NCBI GenBank assembly: GCA_031391205.1
Contig: JANMUE010000446.1
Span: forward strand, 6,030 to 70,029
Source: Lysobacterales bacterium
GTDB taxonomy: Bacteria; Pseudomonadota; Gammaproteobacteria; Xanthomonadales; Ahniellaceae
Reading direction: 5' to 3'
Length of the DNA: 64,000 bases
The first letter of the stretch is position 1; every line of letters begins with the position of its first letter. The translations under genes and the position numbers were made by a program. Under the pieces are notes generated by a model that had not been told where the DNA came from, did no database searches, and was given only the letters and a program-made list of their open reading frames with translations. Positions 31,772 to 41,463 of this stretch are shown one piece after another.

Positions 31772-32298
31772 ATCGCATTCCGCCCTATTTCCATGTGGCC
31801 GCGCAGAAACCGCGCGGAGTCGCACTCATCATGGTGCTGATCTTGTTGCTGATCATGACCCTTCTCGGGTTGGCGAACCTGCGCGGTACCCTGCTCGAAG
31901 AGCGGATGAGCGCCAACATGCTGGATCGTGGACTGGCGTTTCAGTCTACGGAGGCGGCACTGCGTGCAGCGGAAGCCATTCTCGCGGACCGCCCCACTTT
32001 CCCGAACGAGGGCTGCAGCAATGGACTGTGCGCTGCGCCGGTGGGCGACGTCCCAGATCGCTCGACGGATCCGAATTTCCAAGGTTGGGTGACGACGCAG
32101 GTCAATTTGGGTGAAAGCGGCGCGGTCCAACCACAGTATTTCGTCGAGTTCCTTGGCATGGCACCAAAATGGCCTGCCTGCGATCAGGAAGTACCGATGA
32201 GTACGCTTTGCCTGTCGCCGCGTTATCGAATCTCGGCAAGAAGCGAGGGGCTGGATCGCGCCTCGGTCATCCTGCAGTCCAACTATGCAGCACAGTGA
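31768..32298 (+). CDS. pilX: Type IV pilus minor pilin PilX
   Basis: PilX N-terminal pattern: RGVALIMVLILLLIMTLLGLANLRGTLLEERMSAN. ATGA overlap with pilW. Confidence 0.8.
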   Translation: MNRIPPYFHVAAQKPRGVALIMVLILLLIMTLLGLANLRGTLLEERMSANMLDRGLAFQSTEAALRAAEAILADRPTFPNEGCSNGLCAAPVGDVPDRSTDPNFQGWVTTQVNLGESGAVQPQYFVEFLGMAPKWPACDQEVPMSTLCLSPRYRISARSEGLDRASVILQSNYAAQ

Positions 32299-32311
32299 AA
32301 GGATAACGGGT

Positions 32312-35300
32312 ATGAACACCTTGCAGAGCCGGAAGCACCGAAGCACGCGCAGCACCATCCCTACTTCCGTCATCCTGTTGGGCAGCATCGGCGTCATTTT
32401 TAGTCTGGGCGCCAATGCTGGATTGACTATTCCTCCGGTACCCCTGCAAACCGGGTCATCCGTGCCAGCGAACGTCTGGTTCGTTCTCGATGACTCGGGA
32501 TCGATGGCGCGCAGCTACATGCCGGACGATGTACTGGACACCACGCCGATCGATATTTCGCTGCAGACGTACGTGCGCAACGGAATTTTCTACAACCCCG
32601 CGGTCACCTACCGGCCATGGCGCAAGGCGGACGGAAGTTTTTATCCGATCACGCCGGCTACTGCGGCCTATAGCAGCGATACCGCCGCGAGTGGAACCAT
32701 TAGCCTGACTGCCTCGGATCAGATTTTTTATATACCCAAGGTGGGGATAACCGATCTCGCGGATGCCCGGCAGTACTACCGCTACCGTTTGAGATCCAGC
32801 GGGTCGATGGAGCGCTGCAACAGTCTTGCGCTTTCGTCGGGCGTCTGGACTTGGCAATCTTGCTCCAGAATCAACAGTGAGACCTGGGCAACGAGCACCG
32901 GTACGATTACGCGTTCCTATAGCCAGGAACTGCAGAACTATGCCACTTGGTATTCATACTTGCGAACGCGCACCAAGGTGGCGAAATCGGGCGCCAGCCT
33001 TGCCTTCTCCGGCCTTGGGGAGACCATCCGGGTGGGCTTCACCACAATCTGGAATCGAAATACGTTCCCGATCCCCGTCGCGACCGACAACGGCCTGTTT
33101 CGCAACTATGGCGGCTCTAGCAATCGCACCGAATGGTTCAACCGTTTGTTTGCGGCGGGTGCCTCAGGTACGACACCACTTCGTTCGGCGCTTCGCACGT
33201 CCGGAGAATACTTCAGCAAGAGTGAGTCCTCCGGCCCGTATGGCCCCGAATCGGGCGATGAGCAACTTGCTTGCCGACAGAATTTTACGATTCTTACCAC
33301 AGACGGATTCTGGAACGGCGACGATGGGTTTTCGCAAAGCGATGCCGACAGCACGAGTGGTCCGACCGTTGAAGGCCCCAACAATCGGTCCTACCGATAC
33401 TCACCGTCACGCCCTTACATGGATGGGCGCGCCGATACCCTGGCCGATGTTGCCATGGCCAATTGGGTACGCGATTTGCGCAGTGATTTGCCCAACATCG
33501 TGCCAAGTACGCCGGCGGACCCCGGTTTCTGGCAGCATAGTGTCACCTTTGGATTGTCGATCGGCTTGAAAGGAACGCTGAATCCGGATACTGACCTGCC
33601 CGCATTGACGACCGGCGCCAAGAGCTGGCCTGATCCAAGGGTGAATGAGGACGCCACGCGAATCGACGATCTTTGGCATGCTTCGATCAATGGCCGCGGC
33701 AGGTTCGTCGCCGCGACCAATTCCGAACAGTTTGCCCAAGGTCTGAAAGACGCCCTGGCCACAATCACTGCACGTGTCAGTTCGAGCTCCAACGTTTCAA
33801 CGAGCACAACGTCGATCAGTACCGATAGCCAAGCGTTCCAGGCCAGTTTCATCGGCGGTCAATGGACGGGCGAATTGGCGGCTTATCAGCTGACCGCGTC
33901 GGGATTCTCGGCCATACCCAACTGGTTGGCATCGCAACAGATTCCAGTGGCATCTTCGCGGCGCATTCTTACTTGGAACGGAAGCGCAGGTGCGGAGTTT
34001 CCTACTTCGGCTCAAATTACCGCGCTTACCGCCGATATCGCAGCGTTTGTGCGCGGCGATGACAGCAAGGAAATTCAGAACGGCGGGACCTTCCGAGACC
34101 GCCTTACGCTGCTGGGTGACATCATCAACTCGTCACCCGTATACGTAAACGACTCGGGCGGCACAGTGTATATCGGCGCCAACGACGGCATGTTGCATGC
34201 ATTCGACGCGCGCAGCGGTCGCGAGCGTTTCGCTTACATACCGGGCGGGGTCAATCTGGCTGACCTCAAGCTGCTCAGCGACCCCAACTACGCGCACCGA
34301 CATTTTGTTGACGGTCCATTGGTCGTTTCCGGCACGGACCAGATACCGGGGAAGCGTATCCTCGTAGGGGCGCTCGGACGTGGTGGGCCCGGAATGTTTG
34401 GCCTGGATGTCACCAATGGCGGCGGTTTCGGCGCTGCTTCGGTACTTTGGGACCGGCCCTCGATCCCCGAATTGGGCGTTTTGCTAAGTACTCCTTTCAT
34501 TGGAAAGCTCAACAACGGAAGAGCCGGGGTCCTTGTTGGAAATGGACCGAATAGCGCAAGCGAGCGGGCCGTCCTGGTTGTTATCGACGCCGAAAGCGGT
34601 AGTACCATCCGGACGCTCGATACCGGTGCAGGTTCGGCAACCGCGCCCAACGGATTGTCCGCACCGCGCGGCTGGGATATCGATGCCGATGGGATAGTGG
34701 ACTACGTCTATGCCGGCGATCTGCTGGGCAACGTCTGGAAGTTCGATCTGGCTGGCTCGAATCCGTCGCAATGGAAAATCAGCAACAGTGGCGCACCGCT
34801 GTTCGTTGCAAAATCAGCGGGCGGTGTACGCCAACCCATCACCGGTGGCATGACTGTGGGCAAGCATCCGGAAACCTTTGATACGTGGATATCGGTTGGT
34901 ACCGGCCGTTATCTGATTGCCAGCGATATGACCGATAAGAGCGTGCAGACCTGGTATGGATTGATTGACAAGGAGGCCACGATCACTGGGCGAAGCGTAC
35001 TCAAGCAACGCAAGATCGCCGGTGTCGGAACCATCAGCGGCACCGTCGTGCGTGGTTTTGAGAACTCAGTCATTGGCGACATGGAAGGCAAGAAAGGTTG
35101 GTATCTGGACTTGGTCGAGCCACCGACCTTTGCGGATGAAGGAGAGCGTATGGTTGGCGATGCACTGTTGTTCGATCGGGCCCTTATCGCTGCCAGCATT
35201 GTTCCAAACAGCAATGCCTGCGAGGTGGGAGGTTCCGGGTACATCAATGCCATTGATGCGTTCACCGGCGCTGCGCTTTCGTCATCCCCCTTCGATATCG

Positions 35301-35587
35301 ATGGCAACGGTGCTTTCACCGAACTTGTCCCGGGAAGCTCCGGCCCCGGCGGCGCGTCGCCGGTGGGAAGTTTCAATCCGGGTGTCGGTCTGCCCACCAC
35401 GCCTATACTGGTTGGCGGCGTTACGCCCGGAAACGGCTCAGGACCGGTTGCTCCGGTACCGGGCTCGTGCCCCCCCGGCACGCATATGGTTCTGGTCAAC
35501 GGCTCCGACGGTACCCCGGCGTGGAAGTGTGTGGACACTGGCGATACTCAGGGTCGGATTTCCTGGCGTGAAATCATCAAGGATTAA
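32312..35587 (+). CDS. pilY1: PilY1-like type IV pilus tip adhesin with N-terminal vWA domain
   Basis: About 1090 aa with a signal peptide, the MIDAS-like motif VLDDSGSM and a C-terminal PilY1 beta-propeller-like region (DGMLHAFDARSGRERFAYIPG...DLLGNVWKFDL). The start is taken at the internal ATG after a GAAAGGA Shine-Dalgarno sequence. Confidence 0.88.
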   Translation: MNTLQSRKHRSTRSTIPTSVILLGSIGVIFSLGANAGLTIPPVPLQTGSSVPANVWFVLDDSGSMARSYMPDDVLDTTPIDISLQTYVRNGIFYNPAVTYRPWRKADGSFYPITPATAAYSSDTAASGTISLTASDQIFYIPKVGITDLADARQYYRYRLRSSGSMERCNSLALSSGVWTWQSCSRINSETWATSTGTITRSYSQELQNYATWYSYLRTRTKVAKSGASLAFSGLGETIRVGFTTIWNRNTFPIPVATDNGLFRNYGGSSNRTEWFNRLFAAGASGTTPLRSALRTSGEYFSKSESSGPYGPESGDEQLACRQNFTILTTDGFWNGDDGFSQSDADSTSGPTVEGPNNRSYRYSPSRPYMDGRADTLADVAMANWVRDLRSDLPNIVPSTPADPGFWQHSVTFGLSIGLKGTLNPDTDLPALTTGAKSWPDPRVNEDATRIDDLWHASINGRGRFVAATNSEQFAQGLKDALATITARVSSSSNVSTSTTSISTDSQAFQASFIGGQWTGELAAYQLTASGFSAIPNWLASQQIPVASSRRILTWNGSAGAEFPTSAQITALTADIAAFVRGDDSKEIQNGGTFRDRLTLLGDIINSSPVYVNDSGGTVYIGANDGMLHAFDARSGRERFAYIPGGVNLADLKLLSDPNYAHRHFVDGPLVVSGTDQIPGKRILVGALGRGGPGMFGLDVTNGGGFGAASVLWDRPSIPELGVLLSTPFIGKLNNGRAGVLVGNGPNSASERAVLVVIDAESGSTIRTLDTGAGSATAPNGLSAPRGWDIDADGIVDYVYAGDLLGNVWKFDLAGSNPSQWKISNSGAPLFVAKSAGGVRQPITGGMTVGKHPETFDTWISVGTGRYLIASDMTDKSVQTWYGLIDKEATITGRSVLKQRKIAGVGTISGTVVRGFENSVIGDMEGKKGWYLDLVEPPTFADEGERMVGDALLFDRALIAASIVPNSNACEVGGSGYINAIDAFTGAALSSSPFDIDGNGAFTELVPGSSGPGGASPVGSFNPGVGLPTTPILVGGVTPGNGSGPVAPVPGSCPPGTHMVLVNGSDGTPAWKCVDTGDTQGRISWREIIKD

Positions 35588-35594
35588 ACAGCTC

Positions 35595-36065
35595 ATGTCA
35601 CATACATCACCGAGCTATTCGTTATTTTCGTGGTCGCGGGGATCTTGCGGACGAAGCCATGTGGCGGGTTTCACGTTGATTGAAATCATCATCGTAGTCG
35701 TGATCGTTTCAGTGCTCGCTGCGATCGCCCTCACCAGTTTTCAGAATTCGGTGATGCAATCCAACCGGCGTGCCGCGGCGGGCTGCACTATCGAGGCGGC
35801 CCAGTTCATGGAGCGGTTCTATACCACGAACCTGCGTTACGACCAGAGCCGTGCCGGCGCCGCGCCGACACTGCCGCCGGTGAGTTGCAGCAACTCACCG
35901 CTCTATTCGTTCGCGTTGCGCGATCTTGCCGCCACGACCTACACCGTAGCGGCGACCCCTCAGGGCGCCCAGGCATCCCGCGATACCTACTGCGGCGAGC
36001 TGAGCATCAATCAGGCTGGTGTCAAGTCCAAGACAGGAACAGCGACGGTCGCCGAGTGTTGGTAA
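35595..36065 (+). CDS. pilE: Type IV pilin PilE-like
   Basis: An ATG within track ORF 34965..36065. Motif AG|FTLIEIIIVVVIVSVLAAIALTSFQ. The 25-aa leader is unusually long, so the start is uncertain. Confidence 0.8.
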   Translation: MSHTSPSYSLFSWSRGSCGRSHVAGFTLIEIIIVVVIVSVLAAIALTSFQNSVMQSNRRAAAGCTIEAAQFMERFYTTNLRYDQSRAGAAPTLPPVSCSNSPLYSFALRDLAATTYTVAATPQGAQASRDTYCGELSINQAGVKSKTGTATVAECW

Positions 36066-36148
36066 CGTGATGAGCACCAACCCAACTTCGTTTTAGAGTC
36101 ACGCCATGGCGATGGACGAGCGCCGGTAAGCGTATGGGGGCAATCGCG

Positions 36149-36421
36149 CTAACCTGTGGACTTGCCGCCCACATTGGTTGGGATTCGTCCTACGCACCAA
36201 GGGAGCCGAACCGAGGATTCTCCACGCGGAATTTCCTGAGCGAGTGCTGATCTCGAACACTTGCCTGCCAAGGCGATGAGGTTCTCGTCCTCTGCGTTGG
36301 CGCCATGGCCGCTCACATTCTCATAGAGCGCGCTGGCCACGATCAAGCCGTGTGAGGCATCGAATTGCCGACGCCGACAGTAGTCGATTGCACCACGTTC
36401 CTGGTAGTGCGGCATCGTCAA
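36149..36421 (-). CDS. Hypothetical protein (90 aa)
   Basis: Track ORF only; no motif recognised. Confidence 0.3.
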   Translation of the reverse strand: MTMPHYQERGAIDYCRRRQFDASHGLIVASALYENVSGHGANAEDENLIALAGKCSRSALAQEIPRGESSVRLPWCVGRIPTNVGGKSTG

Positions 36422-36546
36422 TCCGTTCAGTTCGACAGCTACTGCACCACCAGAGCACTTGTGACGATGTCCCTTATTGCTCAGTTGGGTGCTCCCAGGC
36501 TGGCCAAACGGAATTTAGCAATGATGAGAAGTAGCGATTCAAATGG

Positions 36547-37005
36547 ATGATGGCCTTCGTTGCCGTTGCCGTTGCCTTGCTCGCTGCCGCTGGCTACTAC
36601 CTACGGCCGGATCGCCTGGGCAATCAGAATGTGAATGGACTTGCAGAAGCGCACTTAGATTCAAGATTCGAGCTCCAGGCTTCATCGAGCCCTGATCGGC
36701 CGGACGACGCGAGGAATGCGCCAGACGCAGCCGCCGGAGACGTTGCGACGGCGCCTGAAACCGACGCTCCAACAGCCCGGCAGATCTACACGCCTGGAGC
36801 GAACGACGCGGACGCCTACAAGCGCTTTGGCGACATCACCCCGGAACACCTAACCTGGTTGAAGCGTAACAAGTACCCCGATGACGCTCACCTGGCTTTG
36901 TTGCGCGGTATGGACGAGCATCTCTGCGCGTACCGGTGGCGCAAGGAGATCTGCCGGCCCAGTCTGAACTGGCGTATGGTATGCCGCGCGAAGACCATGC
37001 GTTGA
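36547..37005 (+). CDS. Hypothetical membrane-anchored protein (152 aa)
   Basis: N-terminal TM (MMAFVAVAVALLAAAGYYL), a low-complexity linker and a Cys-containing C-terminus. Confidence 0.4.
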   Translation: MMAFVAVAVALLAAAGYYLRPDRLGNQNVNGLAEAHLDSRFELQASSSPDRPDDARNAPDAAAGDVATAPETDAPTARQIYTPGANDADAYKRFGDITPEHLTWLKRNKYPDDAHLALLRGMDEHLCAYRWRKEICRPSLNWRMVCRAKTMR

Positions 37006-37278
37006 CCTTAGCTTAAGCGTTAAGGCTTTTTGACACCTAGAACGCCGAGGCGTTGCGCCGCACCGGCCACCCCTTGCAGGTGGACACGCACCCCATGATG
37101 GCGCCCGCCATAACGCATGCAGGCGGATCGAAAAGGTCAAGAAGGGAACGGCGGCTGAATAAGACAAACGGGGCCAGGGTTCTTTCAGACTGACCGGTAA
37201 GCAGCGCAACCAGTTGTTGGGGCACAGCGTGCCTTCGAGGCCAAGTCAACTGCTGTGGAATCGCCGATTGCTGCAGCT

Positions 37279-37647
37279 TTAATCGCAGTTCGGAATCCAT
37301 GTCCGCAACAGTTTTCTCAGCAGTGCCTGAACCTCGCGAAAGCTGTTCGGCTTGGTAGCGAAGCCATCAGCACCATCCTCATAACATTCTGTCTCATCGC
37401 TCTTGGCGTGGGATGTCGTCCACACGACCACCGGATTGCTGCGTAATCGAGCGTCTGCTTTGATCTCTCGCAGCGTCTGATGACCGTCCATTCGCGGCAT
37501 GTTCAGATCAAGAAGTACGAGCACGGGCATGGGAGAGTCGTTGCCATCGATGGCCTTGAGTTTTTCCAGGCAGTCAAGCAGCTCCACGCCATCCCTCGCG
37601 AATTTCAGCCGGTAGCTTTGCTCCCCACCCGCCAGTGCCTCTTCCAC
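37279..37647 (-). CDS. Receiver-domain-only response regulator, N-terminally atypical or truncated
   Basis: Has LVLLDLNMPRMDG (phospho-acceptor Asp), VVVWTTSH and FATKP, but no upstream DD acidic pocket. The frame stays open upstream (..IARGEITPSKWALVEE) without a start codon and runs into MITE copy 4. Confidence 0.65.
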   Translation of the reverse strand: MEEALAGGEQSYRLKFARDGVELLDCLEKLKAIDGNDSPMPVLVLLDLNMPRMDGHQTLREIKADARLRSNPVVVWTTSHAKSDETECYEDGADGFATKPNSFREVQALLRKLLRTWIPNCD

Positions 37648-37757
37648 CAGCGCCCACTTCGACGGGGTGATCTCGCCTCTCGCAATCCGGTGCGTTGCTC
37701 CGTTGACGCCCGATGCGACAAGCGCCGCACTATAGGTATAAATACCTATTCGCCACC

Positions 37758-37895
37758 AAGGGAAGCTCTGAATAAGTCACCACTTCGACTTCGCTGTAAA
37801 GCTTAGTGCTTGCCACACCCTGAAAAACCTGCGGTTTTTCGCCCCCTGACTCAGGGGGCTATCGCGGCTCCGGACTTGTTCAGAAGTTCCCAAGG
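37758..37895 (+). repeat. MITE-like repeat, copy 4
   Basis: Same family; lies between the two divergent receiver genes and is flanked by CAAG on both sides. Confidence 0.85.
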
Positions 37896-38006
37896 CGACA
37901 TATACATTTTGTTTCGCACACGATTCGTTACATCGGAGAAGAGAAAAGGGGAATACTCTGATTCCATCGCAGGCAACCCTGAGCCTGCCTGGACCAAAGT
38001 ATCGCC

Positions 38007-38435
38007 ATGGACGTGCTCGCATCCGCACCTACCATACTCATCGGAGAGGATGATCGCGATGACCGCATGCTGGTGGAGGATGCGCTCTCCGAGAGCGATC
38101 AGCACCCCTCGCTGCGGTTTGCGAAAAATGGCGTGGAGTTGATGGACTACCTGCATCGTTGCTGCAGTTCGAATGACGCCGCGGGCTACCCGATGCCGGA
38201 GCTGATACTTCTTGATCTCAATATGCCGCTCATGAATGGCTTCGAGACGTTGCGCCTAATCAAGGCTGACGACCGACTCCGCCGCATCCCCGTCGCGGTC
38301 TGGACAACATCGCATGCCGAAAGCGACGCAATGCACAGCTATGCAGATGGGGCCGACGCCTTCGCCGTCAAACCAGACAGCTTTCGCGAGGTTCAGGATG
38401 TCTTGCAAGGATTCGTGCGGTCGTTGGTGAAATAG
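38007..38435 (+). CDS. Receiver-domain-only response regulator (CheY-like)
   Basis: ILIGEDDRDDRMLVEDAL...LILLDLNMPLMNG...VAVWTTSH...FAVKP is a complete receiver domain. It is a paralog of 37279..37647. Confidence 0.85.
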   Translation: MDVLASAPTILIGEDDRDDRMLVEDALSESDQHPSLRFAKNGVELMDYLHRCCSSNDAAGYPMPELILLDLNMPLMNGFETLRLIKADDRLRRIPVAVWTTSHAESDAMHSYADGADAFAVKPDSFREVQDVLQGFVRSLVK

Positions 38436-38599
38436 GCAGCAGTGAATGCGTTTTCCCAGCAGCGATTCTCGGGGTTCTTGATTGCCTGCGAGGCTGTAAT
38501 CCGCCTCGCGCTAGCGTGGCTCGATTGCTCAAGTTTGATCCATACGCTTTTCACCCGAGATCGATACTGGAGCGTCCGCTGGCTCAGCTCCCGAGCGAG

Positions 38600-39679
38600 T
38601 TAGTACGAACAATTCTGTCCCGAGTCTTGATCGAAAATGTCGGGATCTGGCGCCGGAATCGCGTTTTCGCCAATCCGTTCGTGGGTAGTGATAGCACGCT
38701 GGTATAGCGCCGACGCTTTGCGCATATCGGCTTGTCGCGCCGCCGTTGTCTGCACGGGCGCACCAAGCACGATGCGCGCACGGTTGTTCAGCGCCCGCCT
38801 CTTCGCATCGGCGTTCTCAAGCGTGCGGTCGTCAAGCAGCGCTGGGAAGTAACGCTGAATCCGATAGGTGAACGTTTTGATGGACGCTTGGTGTTTGCCC
38901 AGGAACAGCGTTTCCGCGGAAACGCCCCATGCGCCGCACATCTCAGTGCCCAATAGATCGGACCCGATGAATGCCACCGCGTGCAGATTCGAGAAATTGA
39001 GCTTTGCGTACTTGAGCGAAGTCATCGCAAATGTCACGCCGCCCAGATCGCACACCTGGCAATCCGAGAAATCGAGCCGGGCTCCGGTCAGGTCCGCCGC
39101 GCGGAGCAGTGTGCCATTGAGACAGGTGTTGGTGAGATCCGAGTTTCGAAGGCTGAGGGAACGTGTCGCGACGACGTGGCGAAGATTAGTGTTGGTCAAA
39201 TCGATACCGCTGAGGTCGAGACCCGAAAAGTCGATGGACTTGAGGTCGACCATCGATGCACACGACGTCGCATAACCCGTGTGTACGGCACTGAGCCGCT
39301 CTCGCTCCAGTCTTGCGTACTCAGCGATGAGGGCGGGTTTAACCGCCATCGTGATCGGGACGTCACCAAAGAGGATCCCGGTGAGTTCGGCGCGCCGTGC
39401 AGCGGCGCGACTGGATTGCTGCTGGATGGAAGTCTCGCCCGTTTCGGCATCGTGATCGGCGGTAGCCACAATGTCAGGGCGGTAGATTTCCGCTTGCCCC
39501 GGCGTTGGCGCGCTCCGTTGCCAGAGCAGCACAACGGAAGCGACAGTCAGAATCAGCCCCAGTGCGGAACGCCAACGCTGGCGCCGTCGCGACGGGGCGG
39601 CTGTCGCTGCTTCAGGCACTGCGTCTTGGGCAACCGTCGCCACGGGCGTCCTGGCGGATCGCCCGGATCGAATCGTCAC
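38600..39679 (-). CDS. Pentapeptide-repeat protein with N-terminal membrane anchor
   Basis: TM segment ALGLILTVASVVLLW, then tandem pentapeptide repeats (DFSGLDLSGIDLTNTNLRHV...NSDLTNTCLNGTLLRAADLTGARLDFSDCQVCDLGGVTF...). Confidence 0.8.
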   Translation of the reverse strand: MTIRSGRSARTPVATVAQDAVPEAATAAPSRRRQRWRSALGLILTVASVVLLWQRSAPTPGQAEIYRPDIVATADHDAETGETSIQQQSSRAAARRAELTGILFGDVPITMAVKPALIAEYARLERERLSAVHTGYATSCASMVDLKSIDFSGLDLSGIDLTNTNLRHVVATRSLSLRNSDLTNTCLNGTLLRAADLTGARLDFSDCQVCDLGGVTFAMTSLKYAKLNFSNLHAVAFIGSDLLGTEMCGAWGVSAETLFLGKHQASIKTFTYRIQRYFPALLDDRTLENADAKRRALNNRARIVLGAPVQTTAARQADMRKASALYQRAITTHERIGENAIPAPDPDIFDQDSGQNCSY

Positions 39680-39974
39680 GGCACCTCATTCCAGAAGGCA
39701 GTCATTCGAACCGTGTTCCCCAAGAACGCGTGGCGCTGCTGCTATGAGCCTATCGGCGATGGATGTCTTTGCCTTTGCGTTTCTTGGCGGGTTGCGGATA
39801 AATCCTGCGTTATCAGCAAACTGGGGGCGGCGCGATGCTGTCCTGCTCAACATCTACGCAAGCCTTACAGGCGCTTGTGCAGCGATCTCGGCCGTTGTTG
39901 CGCGAATTGGACCGATAGGGGTGCAAATAGGACCGATTCGCATTTATACTTCGCCTTTTGATGGAGAAGAATCG

Positions 39975-40919
39975 GTGAAACAGCAGCTTCGTACCCGCCT
40001 TTGGGCGGTGTTGGCCTTGACGCTTCCCTCGTTGGCAATGGCCGACGAAAATTTCTGGATCTATGCCCGCGGCTCCGACACGCTGCCCAAGGGCAAGTGG
40101 GAGCTCAAAGTCTCGGATGTCGTTCGCCTGGACAAAGATTCCGGTGATTACACCTTCAACGACATCCGTCCCGAGGTGGAGTTTGGCGTTACCGACCGTT
40201 TGACCGTGTCGGCAGAGGTACTGATTTTCAACCACGACTATTCTGTGGATGATGAAAACCTCAATCCGATGTTCGAGTCCCAGGGTGGTCTGGGCGAGAC
40301 CTTCAGCGATACCCAGTACGCGGGCTTTGAACTGAGTGGCAAGTACAATCTGCTCAGTGCCTACAAAGATGCGATGGGTGTCGCCATTGGCTTGGGCTAT
40401 GAGCGGCGAGAGAAGTATCGTCTGGATGGTGCCGACATCGATCAGGACTCGTTTACCGTTACCGGTTACTTCCAGAAAAACTGGCTGGATGACACCCTGG
40501 TGCTGGCGATCACACCCAAGATCGAGTTCGAGCGTCGCAAGTCGCCGGGTGTGCTAGAAGAAGAAATTGCGCTGGACGCGGCGGCAGGTCTCTCCTGGCG
40601 CTTTCGCCCGAACTGGTATGCGGGGCTCGAATATCGACACCAGTCTGACTACCTGAACCCGCAAATCGATGGTGAGTTCAATCCCGAATTGGAGCGATCG
40701 AGCTTCGACCTGACCGATTTTCGCGTCGGCTCGCAACATCAGCGCGGCAACTACCTTGGCCCGGTGTTCCACTACGGCGATGAGCGCTGGTGGGCGACTG
40801 CGGGCATTCTTTGGCAGGTGCGTGGTGGCGGCTCGCAGTTTTCGTACAGCCGCAACCATCGCAATTTCGATGAGCACGAAAAGCGCCACATCGGCGTGAC
40901 CGTCGGCTTTGAGATCTGA
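39975..40919 (+). CDS. Putative outer-membrane beta-barrel protein
   Basis: GTG after GGAGA within track ORF 39744..40919. Signal peptide VKQQLRTRLWAVLALTLPSLAMA, alternating beta-strand pattern, aromatic-rich, C-terminus ...GVTVGFEI. Confidence 0.65.
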   Translation: MKQQLRTRLWAVLALTLPSLAMADENFWIYARGSDTLPKGKWELKVSDVVRLDKDSGDYTFNDIRPEVEFGVTDRLTVSAEVLIFNHDYSVDDENLNPMFESQGGLGETFSDTQYAGFELSGKYNLLSAYKDAMGVAIGLGYERREKYRLDGADIDQDSFTVTGYFQKNWLDDTLVLAITPKIEFERRKSPGVLEEEIALDAAAGLSWRFRPNWYAGLEYRHQSDYLNPQIDGEFNPELERSSFDLTDFRVGSQHQRGNYLGPVFHYGDERWWATAGILWQVRGGGSQFSYSRNHRNFDEHEKRHIGVTVGFEI

Positions 40920-40926
40920 GAAGCGC

Positions 40927-41460
40927 ATGCGCCGTCGTGTGTTGATTCAATCAGCGCTGTTCGCAAGCGGCTATCTGCTGTCGGGTGGTTTGCGCGCAAC
41001 CACCTATCTTTCCGTGCCTGAAGCGCAACAGTTGATCTGGCCTGGCCAGCTGTTAGCGCCCGCAGCAGTGACGTTGACTGCCGAGCAGCAAAAGGCCATC
41101 AAGAAAGCGTCGGGAGTGCGCGTGCGGTCCGCCGATCTCAACGCCTGGCGCACACCTGCAGGTGATTGGTTCATTGTCGATCAGGTGATCGGCAAGCACG
41201 AATTCATCGATGTAGCGGTAGGCATTGCGCATACCGGCGAAATGACCGGCATCGAGATCCTCACTTACCGCGAAAGCTACGGTCACGAAGTGCGCAATTC
41301 CAAGTGGCGGGCACAGTTTCGGGGTCGTAACGCGGCGGGCATCCTCAAGCTCGACGCACAGATCCGGAATATCAGCGGTGCCACGTTATCGTGCAGTCAC
41401 ATCACCGACGCAGCCAATCGGTTGTTGCAGACGTGGCAACTGGTCCTGAGCACGCAGTGA
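40927..41460 (+). CDS. FMN-binding-domain protein with twin-arginine-like signal
   Basis: MRRRVLIQSALFASGYLL (RR signal), plus the flavinylation-type motif NISGATLSCS near the C-terminus. It sits directly upstream of apbE. Confidence 0.75.
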   Translation: MRRRVLIQSALFASGYLLSGGLRATTYLSVPEAQQLIWPGQLLAPAAVTLTAEQQKAIKKASGVRVRSADLNAWRTPAGDWFIVDQVIGKHEFIDVAVGIAHTGEMTGIEILTYRESYGHEVRNSKWRAQFRGRNAAGILKLDAQIRNISGATLSCSHITDAANRLLQTWQLVLSTQ

Positions 41461-41463
41461 GCC

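Noticed and set aside
38981-39961. Plus-strand track ORF of 326 aa
   Set aside because: It is antisense to the pentapeptide-repeat gene, whose repeat structure is clear on the minus strand.
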